A stretch of 32,569 nt of DNA from the NCBI GenBank assembly GCA_040143965.1, contig JASJQH010006957.1, positions 1 to 32,569 on the forward strand. The letters run 5' to 3'. This stretch comes from Basidiobolus ranarum. Its lineage: Eukaryota. Below are positions 14,272 to 26,563 of this stretch, piece by piece. Each line of letters opens with the position of its first letter. Within the stretch, counting starts at the first letter, position 1. The position numbers were made by a program, and so were the translations under genes. A model generated the notes under the pieces. The model was not told the DNA's origin. It made no database searches and saw only the letters and a list, made by a program, of their open reading frames with translations.

Positions 14272-14611
14272 TTTCTTCCGAATTTCGTACTCTGGATCAT
14301 CCTATTTTAATTAATGTAAGAACAAGAACTCAATATCCTGACAACTCAATTGACTTCAAGTGGAATATTTTTCTGTTCACAGTATACTGTTTATTGAATT
14401 AAATTATACATACAAATAAATAGAAGAAATGTACGTTTAACAGATGTAAGAAAAAAGATCATGCCATCTACCCAATTACTATCATTGATAGAATAGTTTC
14501 TCTATGAATATATGTATAGGTTACTTGGAATAAAAAATCTTGACTAAAGAACTACGCTATCGAATGAAATATTCATGGGAATTCTTGTACACCAACGGTT
14601 ATATTATTCCC

Positions 14612-15196
14612 TTATTTCTTGTGCTGGCTTCTTTGTCTCATCTCCTTCTTTCTAATACGTTGAAGTTTCTTGGCGGAGACCTGTTACGATAGCAATTATT
14701 GTATGAAAAAGTCAGTGTTCTGTTACCAGTAAAAGCTGCATATTACTGATTTTAATGCCGCGATGTAAATAAATAAATAGCTTACCAAAGCTTGTAATTT
14801 TTCAAGTCTTTCCTTTTCTTCTTGAGCCTTCTTACGCTCTAAAGCTCTATTTTTCGATTCCTAGTAAGAAAAAGACAGAGTTAGAACATAATTAAACACA
14901 AAATATAAATAAGTTTACGCAGAATTATGAATACTCTGCCAAACGATGTAAACATGAATAAATACCTCTTTGATTCTGAGTTTCTCGTCTTTTAATTCCT
15001 TTTCGATCGCTCTAATAGCTTGAATTCTGTTGCGTTCGCGTGTACGTGCTGCCCAGTCCTGGCTTACACCCGCTGGTAAATGGGTACGTCTGTAAGCTGT
15101 TTTGGGTTGCTTCCATATTTTTCCAGATACTCTAGTAGCAGGAGCATTGATGGGCTTTTTTTCGGTTTGTGTGGTGGCTGTTGTAGTATCAGACAT
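14612..15196 (-). CDS. CGR1: rRNA-processing protein Cgr1 family (3 exons)
   Basis: RVSGKIWK motif, basic coiled coil, and VSAKKLQRIRKKE. Exons 15196-14966, 14860-14786, 14680-14612. Confidence 0.88.
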
Positions 15197-15540
15197 ATTT
15201 CTTGAGATATATATTAAAGTAACGGAGGTGCTTTCGGTATTCTTGACTTCTTATTACACTGAATTTGTGTAAGAAATTGTATTCTTGAAGGAAAAAAAAA
15301 AAGAAAATTTCCATTTGTAATTTCCCATTTAATCTGGAATCATCAAGCTTCAATTATATCCATGATGTATTCTAGAATAAAGGAAACTTCCCAAGGATAG
15401 GTGGGATGAATTTCTATTTGTTTATGTTCAATTTCGAATCAATACTTCATTGTTTAGTAAGTGATTTTGATATAACACCATTTGGTTTCTGATATTCAAT
15501 ATTTTATCTTGGTTTTTTCGCTCCTTTAATATCACTCACG

Positions 15541-17031
15541 ATGATGAATGGAGAACGTGTTGACTTGTCGGTTACTCCTAATGAACAGTTGACTGATCCT
15601 CCCCTTGACGCGCTTCGTTATTTTAACCGATGTCGCTTGAAGTCCGCCTTTGACTCCATCTTTCAAAAATATGGAAGAGATTTTGAAGAGAGTGACGTGG
15701 TTGATATAAGTACTGGTGAGGTGATAGAAGATAAAGGATTTTTAAAGAAAACACCCCAAAGAAAACTTGGTTCCTTGTTCAAACCAAAAGAAGAAAAGAC
15801 TCCGTTCACGAAGAATATGTTTCATTTACTAGAACCAGGAAATTCTACTAGTACAGAAGAAGAAACTTTACAAGAAACTCCTAATAAAACTCCCTTAGTG
15901 AAAGAGGTTTATGACGAAGAAGACTTTGAGAGTATATTGGTTCAGGAAAAATCTCACTTATCGCGCAATTTCCCTCCTTTCTATTCCCCTTCAACAATGG
16001 GGTTTAATCCTTCCCCATTTTTACCTTCTAATTTGAATCCGTTATTTAATACTCCTACTAGAAAAGCGATCCCTTTCAATAACACGCGTTCAATTATTTC
16101 ACCCAACTCGAATGACTTGCCTGTAGATTCTCCCGCAACAAACGCCTCACCACATAGAACTGAATTAGTTAACTCCCATACTATTCATAACCCACTGAAA
16201 TCGCCACCAACCAACACTCAATTGGAACTCAAAGAATCACCTCAATCACCCGCCAGTAACACTCTCGAGCCAGTACAAGATTTCATCACATCTCCATTAT
16301 CACCCACACCCACTGTGATACGACCAACAGCTACCTTAAATGTTGCTCCTCACGTTTCCACCGTCATTCCCACCTCCACCTCCACGACCAAGAAAAGAAA
16401 ATGGGAAGATTCAGCGGATAATGAAAAAATTGTGTCGAATTATGAATCCATGGATTTATTCGAAGTTGCACCCCAAGATAGAGACTTTGAAGTAGTAGTA
16501 TTAATAGAATCAAAGTCCCAGCAATTCCTCTCTTCTTTTACAAGTGAAAATCAGGAACCGGTCACCTTCACTTCTACTGATGATTTATCACCCAAAAGCT
16601 ACGTCTCTTCCATGGTCTCAGAACTTGTTAATATTAGACGAGCCGCTTCTAGAGCTAATACACCCACATTCAAAGAACACTTGGAGAAATACGAAGCCAA
16701 TGTTGAAGAGAGTCAAGATGATGATTCACACTCCATTGTATATGAGTATCTTGAAACTTCTAGAAATTTCATGGATAGCGATTCAATTGATTTCTCCAAA
16801 AAAGAAAGTCTGGAGATTTCTTCCAGCAGAGAAGATAACCAAAAATCCATTTCTTATCAAGTCCAGTTATTAGAAACTTCTCACACTATACAGACTCAAG
16901 AAATGGAACTAGTAGACCATTCCTTTACAAAACCAACTCTAGTAACGGAAACTAACGGTTGTAAAGGTTATGGAAAATGTACTAAAGCCTTTTGCTTTGA
17001 CTGCGCTTTCGTAGAAACTGAGATAGATTAA
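15541..17031 (+). CDS. SCM3: CENP-A chaperone Scm3/HJURP-like protein (496 aa)
   Basis: N-terminal RLKSAFDSIFQKYGRDFEESDVVDISTGEVIEDKG matches the Scm3 domain. S/T/P-rich disordered middle and a C-terminal CKGYGKCTKAFCFDC motif. Confidence 0.85.
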   Translation: MMNGERVDLSVTPNEQLTDPPLDALRYFNRCRLKSAFDSIFQKYGRDFEESDVVDISTGEVIEDKGFLKKTPQRKLGSLFKPKEEKTPFTKNMFHLLEPGNSTSTEEETLQETPNKTPLVKEVYDEEDFESILVQEKSHLSRNFPPFYSPSTMGFNPSPFLPSNLNPLFNTPTRKAIPFNNTRSIISPNSNDLPVDSPATNASPHRTELVNSHTIHNPLKSPPTNTQLELKESPQSPASNTLEPVQDFITSPLSPTPTVIRPTATLNVAPHVSTVIPTSTSTTKKRKWEDSADNEKIVSNYESMDLFEVAPQDRDFEVVVLIESKSQQFLSSFTSENQEPVTFTSTDDLSPKSYVSSMVSELVNIRRAASRANTPTFKEHLEKYEANVEESQDDDSHSIVYEYLETSRNFMDSDSIDFSKKESLEISSSREDNQKSISYQVQLLETSHTIQTQEMELVDHSFTKPTLVTETNGCKGYGKCTKAFCFDCAFVETEID

Positions 17032-17574
17032 CTCTATCGTAAATGATACTCTTTGTTTATTTTCGCGGTTCACTCAACCTTGTTTAATTAATATATATTC
17101 GTGTAAATAATCTTTCATATATCCTAGAGTTGGTTGGTCTTTTACTTTTAGTTGGGATATATCGTTTTCTTTTACCTCAAAATAACATACGTGATGGTAG
17201 TAGCTGACCTGAACAATAATGCGAACTTCTTTTGATTTGTAAATCTTATTTGTATGTCATGATTTCAAAATATAAATATTTCCTTCGAATTCATGGCTTT
17301 TTATGAATTATGCTAGAAGTCGATAGATTTTCAGGAAATTGGATATTATTTCTATAACCTGGTAATAGAAAATTTTTACTCTTTCAATGATCTACTTGGA
17401 ATCAAATCGATGTTTAGATGGGGGGTGGGGAAAGACGAGTAAATAAATTTTTATGAATGGAAAATTGAATTCACTCTTTACAAGCTAAAATAAGACCAGG
17501 AAATTGGTTAGTTTGTGAGTTAGTAAAAGAGAGAGTGAGAGTTACCTTAACATAATAATAAGAAGACTTTGATA

Positions 17575-18441
17575 ATGTCTCTAAAGAAAGCCCCCACTGA
17601 CGTCCATAAGACTGTTTCCCGTTTGTTGAAAGGGAGACTTATTAGAGATGAGCCTGCTTGGTTATCAGCGGTTAGAAGAATTCCCCCTGGTCCAAGTATC
17701 GTACGTTCTGTCTCGAAGTTCGATACCACCGGGGCCTTGCCTTTCGAAAAAGAGAAACAACCTGGAGTTAAACCAGTTAAAAGAGTAAGAAGATGGATGA
17801 AATATAAGACAGTTAAACCACCCAAGATTGAGTACCCTGAAGATAAATTGAGACGTCAATTTTACAAGGATCACCCACAAGAACTTTTACGTCCTCGCAT
17901 GTTGATGGAAACTGATGGGGAAAACCGTTCCGACTGGAGCAAGTTAACCACCGAAGACGGAAAGAAACCACATGAGGTTAATGGTGAAAGGTAAAATGAA
18001 AATCTCTTATTATGAGTTTTAGCATAATGATAACCTCTTTTAATTCTATACTTTACCTTCTAGTGTAATCCAATATCAACTTCACTTGATGTCACAGGGT
18101 TATACTACTCGTGAGGCTTACGTTTTCGCCACTTCCGAGTTCTATAAAATCAAGTCTCGTGAGGATACCGAACTTATGATTGCCAAACAACAAGCACAAC
18201 ACTTTGGTGCAGATTTGGCTAAGAGCTCCACTAGATGGGCTATCGAGAAGGAAGATGAAGCATTAGCAGAAACCGAAGGACTTTACGCCAAGAGAAAAGA
18301 AATGTAAGTGTCGATTTACAACTAAAGCCTTCGTTATACACACAGATTCTAACGTTAATTGAAATTTTTCTTTTTCAATTATCTAGGCGTCAAATGCAAC
18401 ATATGGCCGAACAAGCATTCACATCCAATACAGAACAATAA
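17575..18441 (+). CDS. RSM25: Mitochondrial ribosomal protein Rsm25/mS23 (3 exons)
   Basis: PAWLSAVRRIPP, IEYPEDKLRRQFYKDHPQELLRPRML and NGESVIQYQLHLM. Exons 17575-17990, 18064-18303, 18387-18441. Confidence 0.88.
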
Positions 18442-18976
18442 TCATTTTGCATTCCCTCATTTTTTTCTTTCCCTTCTATGACAATAGAAAGAAATATCTA
18501 CAATACAAATTCATCATTAGAGGATTGTACACTGTTGAAGAGAAGGTTCTTTTTCTGTTTGAATACTCAATCATTCATTCCTATATAATTTTTTTCATAA
18601 AGATTTCTCGTTCGTTTGCGATTTTTCGATTACTATTACCTGTTCGTATGAAATTAGTGAACAATCAATATTTCTTCACAAGAAGTTCAACAAAGGCTTC
18701 ATTAGGCAATGGGGATACATTTAATATGGCGTATATATGTATATACTAGGTTAAAGCAAAACAAGTTGTAGTTCGGATGGTGAAAGCTAATTAAGGAGAA
18801 GACGTGGTGGTAATGTTGTCAATTATTAGGAGATCAGAATGAATTCTATGGAAGGGTGTTTTTAGCCCTAACCCTAAATACAATGAGGATTGTTACCTCT
18901 ATACAGAATGTGTTTGTGTTTATGGATTCTCATTAGTATTGATGAGAATTGAACCAACCTAGTTGCTAAGAGGGGT

Positions 18977-20699
18977 TTAGGTTCTCTTAACCATGATGGT
19001 GAGAGTGGCTTCATCAGGAACACAGTCGAGGAAATCCTCACGAATATGTAATGGCATATCTAAAAGTCCGCTGGTTTTCATGACAGCACCATAGTTTTCA
19101 AATATATACTCAACTGCTAGGATTTTGAGTCCCTCTTCCTGAGATAAAACTGCTTGTTGAAATATGTAGGCGCAGGTTTCTACTCGAAGATGGTTGTGGT
19201 ATAGAAGGTTGGCGCAGATCTTTTTCAATCTATGGACCATGTACATCTCTGCCAAAACCAATACGTCGGCCGTAATATTCCAAGGGGTATCTATATCGAA
19301 TGAGTCCTGGTAAATATATCGCAAAAACGTATACATTACGGAATGGGACTCTTCCACTTTCATGCTACCCCCGGTAATCTCGGACATATTGCTTTGTAGT
19401 AAGCTTCTGAAATGCGGCCATCTGGCTACTAATATCACTTTATGAACATATATAGAGCGGCCTTCCTCCGTGATGATTTGAAAATCACTGAGTTCTTTAT
19501 CATCTAGCAAATATGCGAAATCCGAGTTTAACGTGGATGGTGGAATGGTCCATATGCCAAATGATTCTAAATTCAAAGTCAACAGATCTCGAAAGTGGTC
19601 GTACGGTGTTGGTCGAACCTTTTCAGTGTTCCCGAGGAGTAGTAGGTTCACGTGATCTTTGGATTCGTCTTCCATCACCGTAAAGTAATTCCAAACTCCG
19701 TTAGACAAAGCTGGTTTGCAATCTAATTTACTCCATCTCAATGTGATCAGATCTAAAGCCCATAATCCGTATGCCGACTGGGGTACTGTCTCGCATATGT
19801 ACTTTCCAAATACCAATAACCGATCACCGACCGCTTCAGTGAAATGTTGCGATTTGAGAAGCTCTATTTTGCCGGTGACGCCAAAGTACGGATTAACTCT
19901 AAGACTTCTCAGATCTAGCGAGAATAAGTCATCTACTGTAGAGCCAGATTCATCTTTACCTGCGTAAATGAAAATCCGATTGTCGACTAGAGTAGCTGAA
20001 TGGTTATATCTTGGTGGAACTGAAATCGGCTCGGCCCAAGTAAAGGTTATGAGATCGAGAACACTAAGCTCATCTAATACATAAGTGCCTATTTCCAGCT
20101 TTGAATTAGTACAGAGTTTTCAATATTACTAATAATAATATCATCATCATTACAATCTGAATTTCGTGCAAATCCTCCGTACACATATAGCTTGTCTTTA
20201 TATACGGTTGCAGTGTGAAGGTATCTAGCTGCAACTTTCGATCCGCTAACACGAGGATGAGTCCATGCTTTCTTTTCGATGTCATACAATATCAAATCGT
20301 TGCAATACTCTTGAAACTCGTTTGAACCGCCTGCAGCAACAAAAGTCAGTCAAAACCGGTAGATTGCCCAGTGAATTCAAAGTAGAGACATACCAAATAT
20401 CACGATAGTATTCCCGTACAGAGATGATGTATGGCCATAACGCTTTGAAGGGGGTTTTCCTTTGACATCCTAAATTAAAGTTGAATTAGCCAGATGAAAC
20501 TTGTTGAGGCTTTCGAAGTATTGCTAACTTTGTGTGTGGTCCAAACCAAAGTTTCCAAGTCAAGTGAATGTAATTCATTGGTAACTACACCGCCACCCCC
20601 AAATACATATATCTTCTTTTTAATTCGGGTAAAAGTAGGTCGCCATAGACCAACTAGGTTGTGTCCAGTCGTATTACGAGAGTTGGAAACTTTGAGCAT
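18977..20699 (-). CDS. Kelch-repeat plus BTB/POZ protein (LZTR1-like architecture, 4 exons)
   Basis: Kelch motifs (IYVFGG, RYGHT...VIFGG, RYLHTA...YVYGG, RYNHSA) followed by BTB SDFQIITEEGRSIYVHKVILVARWPHF. Exons 20699-20529, 20469-20394, 20330-20154, 20088-18977. Confidence 0.88.
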
Positions 20700-21413
20700 T
20701 GAACAAGATTACTTTCAACCACTCCACTTTAAGGTATATATACTCTGATTAAATGGAAGTCTAGCGCGGGAGAGGAGGGAATCTTGAGTTTAGAAGGTAT
20801 CTCCAGTGATATACAAGTTATTCAAGAGTTTCTTTTGAATTAATTGAATGTCAAAGGACTGTGAATATTGAATAAACCGGTCCAAATAATACTTGGAGTT
20901 CTCAACGAATTTGTTAGTAATTAGTTCTAGTTATAGTACGAGAGTGCGGAAGACTTTAACTAATTCAAGTTTATCATAAAGTTATTTTTAAAATGCAAGG
21001 GATGCTTCAGCGATTCATTTAATTAATGCAAGACCAGATGACCGATTAACCCTACTGGACTAATATTAGCAGGAGTTTTCAATTGCTGAGTATGCCCATA
21101 TTGGCGGGAATTTGTCAGGATCACGTGACAAACCGGTTTAGCCAACAGAAGCCTCTCTTATTGGATTAAAAATCAAGTGTTCTTGCACAAATATACTCAC
21201 ACTTGCTAGCTAAGCTTATGCTAAACCTTGATCAGGGAGGGGGGGAATTTTAGTGGATGTGGCTACTACCTAATTGAGATGTGACTCGTATTTTCACTAA
21301 CATCTAAGATAAAATTCGGCAATTGTTGATTATCAAAAAAATTGATGAGATGTTAATCAACCTGAATTGGTTTTATAAGGGATGAGCACGATTCTTGCGT
21401 CTCAAGTACAGTA

Positions 21414-21994
21414 ATGTCCAACAGCACCACCCAAAGACTTCAGAACTTGGCCTCTCATCTTAAGGTATATTCCCACTTTTTACTTTACTTTCTCAAATTC
21501 TAATTTATTGTTGTGTAGCCTGCCATGCGTACTAGAAGCCCTATTACCGCTCACGTCCTCGACTCTTCCGTAGGTAAACCTGCACAAGAAGTGAAGTTGA
21601 CCATTGAGAAGTTGGAGAACATTCACTGGCAGGTTATTGGAGAAGCGTAAGTTGAGGGATAACCCTATCACTTTGAATGCCAATACCAACCTTATTGTTT
21701 TCATAGACTTACCAACACCGACGGACGTTGCCCTGAGCTCTTGGCCTTGGACTACGACTTGAAGGCCGGAATTTACCAAGTCACCTTCAACACTGGAGAC
21801 TATTACAAAAAGCAAGGAGTGCCTTGTTTCTACCCTTATGTCAAGGTAGCGTATTTACCAGCAAGGTCATTTGATTATGTACTAACAATATCGAACATTC
21901 ATAGATCACTTTCGAGATTACTAGCCCTGAAGAGCATTATCACATCCCCCTTCTTCTGAGCCCTTACTCGTACTCTACCTACAGAGGCAGTTAA
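21414..21994 (+). CDS. 5-hydroxyisourate hydrolase (transthyretin-like, 4 exons)
   Basis: SPITAHVLD, TNTDGRC, FYPYV and the HYHIPLLLSPYSYSTYRGS terminal signature. Exons 21414-21464, 21519-21646, 21707-21845, 21905-21994. Confidence 0.95.
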
Positions 21995-22133
21995 ATTCCT
22001 AGTCATGACATTGATATCAGCATTCATTCAATTTTCAAATCCATCCACCGTTTTAATAAGATATTTCAACTGGAAAGAAATAAAGCATGAACCAAAATAT
22101 ATTACAAATCTCTTTACATTGCATCACCTCACA

Positions 22134-25049
22134 TCACATCACTATGCAATCCTCGATCTCGACTTTCTTGGCAATCTTTTTGTAGTCAGCGCGTAGGGCG
22201 ACAAATTCATACACGTCTTCGATTCGAAGAACCCCTTGATATCGTCGTGCATCATGCAAAAGCTCTCGCAGATGGTCAGGTGACACGATATATATGTGAC
22301 CCAACTCCTTCAACGCTGTGAAGTAACTGATCGCTTCTGGCTGTCCTCTTAGAGAGGAGGATGCCCAGTCATGGTATTGATTGAGATCGCTAAGGAAAGA
22401 AGGTTGAGACACTTCATTTGATTGTTTGGTGTTGGATGCGATGTTTACCTGATCAACTGGAATCCACCCGCTTCATTAATGGTAAATCTCTTGATATGTT
22501 TTCCAAGAAGACCGAAAAACCGATACCCAATTTCGGCCAGAAATACATCAAGTGTTTGTTTGTCAATACCACCTACCACCAACTTCGTGTGAGTGGCAAG
22601 ACATCCTACTGCCTCTACACAAGCCTAGCATTTCCGTTAGTTATTCGGGACTAATAAATGGGAATGGTGAAGATAACTCACTTGCGTGGGCTTCAGGTCC
22701 GGATTTACTTTCTCACTAGGAAGGAACTCGGTTGGAACTTGTTTAGATCTCAATATGAATTCTGTTTGTTGCATCAGAGCCTTACGTAAAGAATAAAGTT
22801 GCATGAGAATCCATTGGAACACTCACCAAGAGTCGTACTAACACTAACCTCAATACTTTTGTCTAGACCGGCTGCCACACAATCATCTAATACCCTCTCG
22901 AATTGACGCTTCTCGTTCACCGCCTCGGAAAGGAAATCGTTGGGATCTACGAATTGACAAACCTCTTGCTTATAGTATACATCTACCATTTGTAGTATCA
23001 GGTCCCCGATGTGAACCAATTCGAAAAACTCCAAGATGGGCGCTACTGATTCGGTGGCAGAGTCAAAATCTGCCTTGTACGCACCAAGACGCTCAGTAGC
23101 TATGCTATAACCAGGCTCAATATTGCCCACGCAAAGTTTCTTCAATAATAGTATAAATATCCGCTCGATGCAATTGTATGTTAGCTTCTTCACCGGAGAG
23201 TCGTCCGGTGCTCCAGCAAAGCAAGCACATCTGTGTAATGCTTCTTTGTTGAAGTTTATCATGTGAAGAGCCATTTCAATAGATAAAAGAAGTTGCAGAT
23301 CATTCAATTGGAATGTCGCATTCTCTTCGTAGTTTGATGATTCCCCCTTATCAAGATTGAGTACTTCCAATTGATGTGAACGCCCTTTCTTCGCTCGAGT
23401 ATTGCCACTTTCGGTAGATAAAGATTTCGTGGTTTTCTTTAACCAATTTTTTTTGAAGATCGCTACATTGACTCCTTCGAACATGGATTTTTTCTTGGGT
23501 GCTTCACTTTCATCAACAATTCGGAGTTCATCCAACTAAATTGCTCAGTTAGTTGCAGAGTTCACGTATACATATATACATAGCATAAGTCAACCTTTTT
23601 GCTCCACAGCTTGATCCAAGTATCATATTGAGATTCCAGTTCTTTTGCCTCTCTAGTTACATAATCTTCGATAAATGGCTCAAATAAAGTAAATAAATAA
23701 GCTTTCCGCTGAGCGGGATTCGGTGTACTCTTCACGATATCCTCCGATAATACAGTGCAATGGTAAAATGAACTCATTAAGGCTCTGAAATAGGTTTTAG
23801 CGTCGATTTCAAAAGCCATATCTATTAACTCCGCAATGTAGGGCCGCATCTACAAAGGATGTTTGAGTGGTACATTTCAATAATCAATCACCTTGACTAA
23901 CTTACTATCTCTTGAAACACCCGCTCCAACAACTTATCAAACACACACGACTCTTCGGGAAATACCTGCTGAATTAGAGAATATTCTCGAGTCATAGCCT
24001 GAAATAAGTAACTGGCAAGCTCCTCCAAAGGTTGGAATGTAATAGAAGCCATCGCTTGAGTTTGATCAAGATCTTCATAGAAACTATAGAGAAAAAGAGG
24101 AAATGAGCAAATGGTCGACTAATCTTGGATCATGAGTAAGCATACTTCTGTCGAGGCTTGAAGTGATTCTCATAGAACAGCTCAGACTTGTGAATGAATA
24201 TATGAAAGCACGAATATCCGCCAGTTAGATTGATCAATACTTGTGCCAGTTTCTTGAGAATTAGTAAGATAAATGAGTGTAAGTGCTTGAATGGTGGAAA
24301 TGTTACATGACTCCTCTACCTTCATCTCATCCACATCCTCCTCATCATAAGCTGCTTCAAACTGATTCAACATAGAACTCTCAAATCCATAATATACAGC
24401 TTCCAGTGTCAGCTTTATCTAACATATAATCCGCTTTGTTCAATATTCACATCAACAGATAGGTGAGTGTTGGTAAAAGATAAGATACCTTACTAGTGTC
24501 TTTCACTGGTTGTATTTCAGAGAATCGTTTCAAACGAGCAATCAGTGTACCAATCTCTGCCAAGTCTCGAGTACTATTAAATGCAAGGAAATCTCTACTT
24601 CCAGTCTTACGAAAATCGATATAAAAAGGGATCAGTTCATTGTATTGCTTTATAAACTCCTCTCTTGCTGACGGTAGAAAGTTTTTATCTGCATTACAAC
24701 GTGCTGGTAAGCTTTCATTAGCAGCATCGGGCTCAGTCAAGGGATCTTTATTGGAAGGGGGGCTCCATTCCACGCCCATTAGACGTAATTTTCTTAAGTA
24801 TATCTCTTCCTCATAAAATAAACTACTTAATCGGATACTAGTGCGTGAAATGGAAAATAAATCGAAAATCGGTAGGTAGTCCAGTATCTCAAGTAGAATT
24901 CTACTAGGTAAATTTTCAATACCAGGCTTTTCTCCAGTGGTATTTTTCTTAGAATTACCCGATGTTCTCTCAGTTCCAAAAGAAAAAGGTTTGAACGAAG
25001 TGAATATATTCACACTATTTCGAAAAGACTGTCTTTTTTGTGAAGGCAT
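22134..25049 (-). CDS. RCY1: F-box / Sec10-like recyclin (Rcy1/Pof6 family), multi-exon
   Basis: N-terminal F-box (LPSRILLEILDYLP), FFELVHIGDLILQMVDVYY, KRQFERVLDDCVAAGL, and terminal EDVYEFVALRADY...EDCIVM. ORF pieces are joined by GT-AG introns; not all junctions were mapped. Confidence 0.87.
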
Positions 25050-25673
25050 GGTTAGAAACGTAAAAACCTAACTCAGTATTTCTCAAATTATTCAAGAATA
25101 TCTCTCTTCGTTTTCCTTCCTGCTCTTCTCTAAAGGTTATTGGAGAGAGAGTAAATCAACTCCTTACGTTTGATATTCAACTTCTGGTGCTCTTGCTTCA
25201 GGAGTATTTCACTGAATGGTTTATACTAAAATACTTCGGATTAATTTATTAGCCGATTTACCAATCATCTTCGGTTAAATAGCTGATGTTTTAATCCAAA
25301 TTGTTTAGACCTAGAGTTAAATAGAGGAAACTTAATGGCGAAAAACTGCATCCAAAATAATGAGAAGTCCTAACTTGAAAAAGTCTCTGGCCACGGACAA
25401 TGAGGGCTTAGGGCTATACATACATGAGGTAGAGAGTCTCAATGATCCCGAGAAATCGAAAAAATAGCTTTACATCAGAAACATTCCAATTGATTTATCG
25501 TAAATTCCACATTTTTATTGAATGTCATATGTAATGTTTTAGTTGAGTGAATGCATGTGAATAGTTAACAAAGAGCATAAAAATGAAAGTTAAAACGAGT
25601 CTCTAGGTGTAAAATTCTCTTTTGAAATTGACAAAGACTTGAGAGAAAGGCGTAAGTGAGTGGAAAAAGTGGC

Positions 25674-26135
25674 TTATTTCTTTTTCTTGTTACCACCGTG
25701 TCTTCTAGCTTTGTCAGCAACAAGGGTTTCTTCATGAGTAGCTAAACGAGAGAATGTAGTACCGGTTGTACCTTCAGGAAGGTCAAAGAAGTCCAAGTCG
25801 GCAAGATCATCAAGTTCACCGAACTTCTTGGAGAATTTGGAGATTTTACCACTGTCGTCATCAAGAGTAGTTTGGATTTGTGGATTCCAAAGGGGATGAC
25901 TTCTGGTATCCTTGGATAAAGTGATTTGAGCACGGGGAGAGGTTGTACGCAACTTAAAGGTGGCACCATTGGTCAACACAACAGTTTGGTAAAAGCGTTC
26001 AGGATCGGGATATTTTCTGGTGTTATCGCTAGTAGCGTATCCTCTAATATAGCATCCTAAAGTACTTTGAGGAAGTACATTTTGAACTAGTCTGTTACGA
26101 GTAGTATTCAGCGGAAATTTACTTAACAACGACAT
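25674..26135 (-). CDS. MRPL36: Mitochondrial ribosomal protein bL31m (Mrpl36-like), 153 aa
   Basis: Arg/Ser-rich presequence, then FYQTVVLTNGATFKLRTTSPR...KDTRSHPLWNP...KFSKKFG. Confidence 0.85.
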   Translation of the reverse strand: MSLLSKFPLNTTRNRLVQNVLPQSTLGCYIRGYATSDNTRKYPDPERFYQTVVLTNGATFKLRTTSPRAQITLSKDTRSHPLWNPQIQTTLDDDSGKISKFSKKFGELDDLADLDFFDLPEGTTGTTFSRLATHEETLVADKARRHGGNKKKK

Positions 26136-26563
26136 GGTGTGGTAAGTCTTCAAACGAACCAGGACTCCTTTGAGAAAGTAGTAATTTACAAAAAGTTTTT
26201 CGCGATTCGATCCAATTCAAGCAGCATTCTTTGATCGCAGAGAAATTTTCAATTCATCCAAAATCTCATCAAAACATCCACTTCATAGAAATGAACATCA
26301 AATTGGGGTATTAGATGAGGTGGAAGATAAACAGCATGTTAAATCTTTTAATTAATATTTAAATCATTATTGCTTTTAAATCGAAATCAAACTGGAGTTT
26401 TACTGAGATTGTTAAATACCCCACACCCAACAGAAATCTATGTGGAGCGCCGGGGTATTTTTGGGGTGAGTAAGAAGTCATTGGGTACAAGGAATTTCAC
26501 ATTCAAGAAAGGCACAATAAGCCATTTTCTAATATCCCCCTTCCGGTTGGTCTTTTGGACAAA

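Noticed and set aside
18862-18878. CCCTAACCCTAA telomere-like motif
   Set aside because: Only two units; plausible by chance or as a short promoter-type motif.
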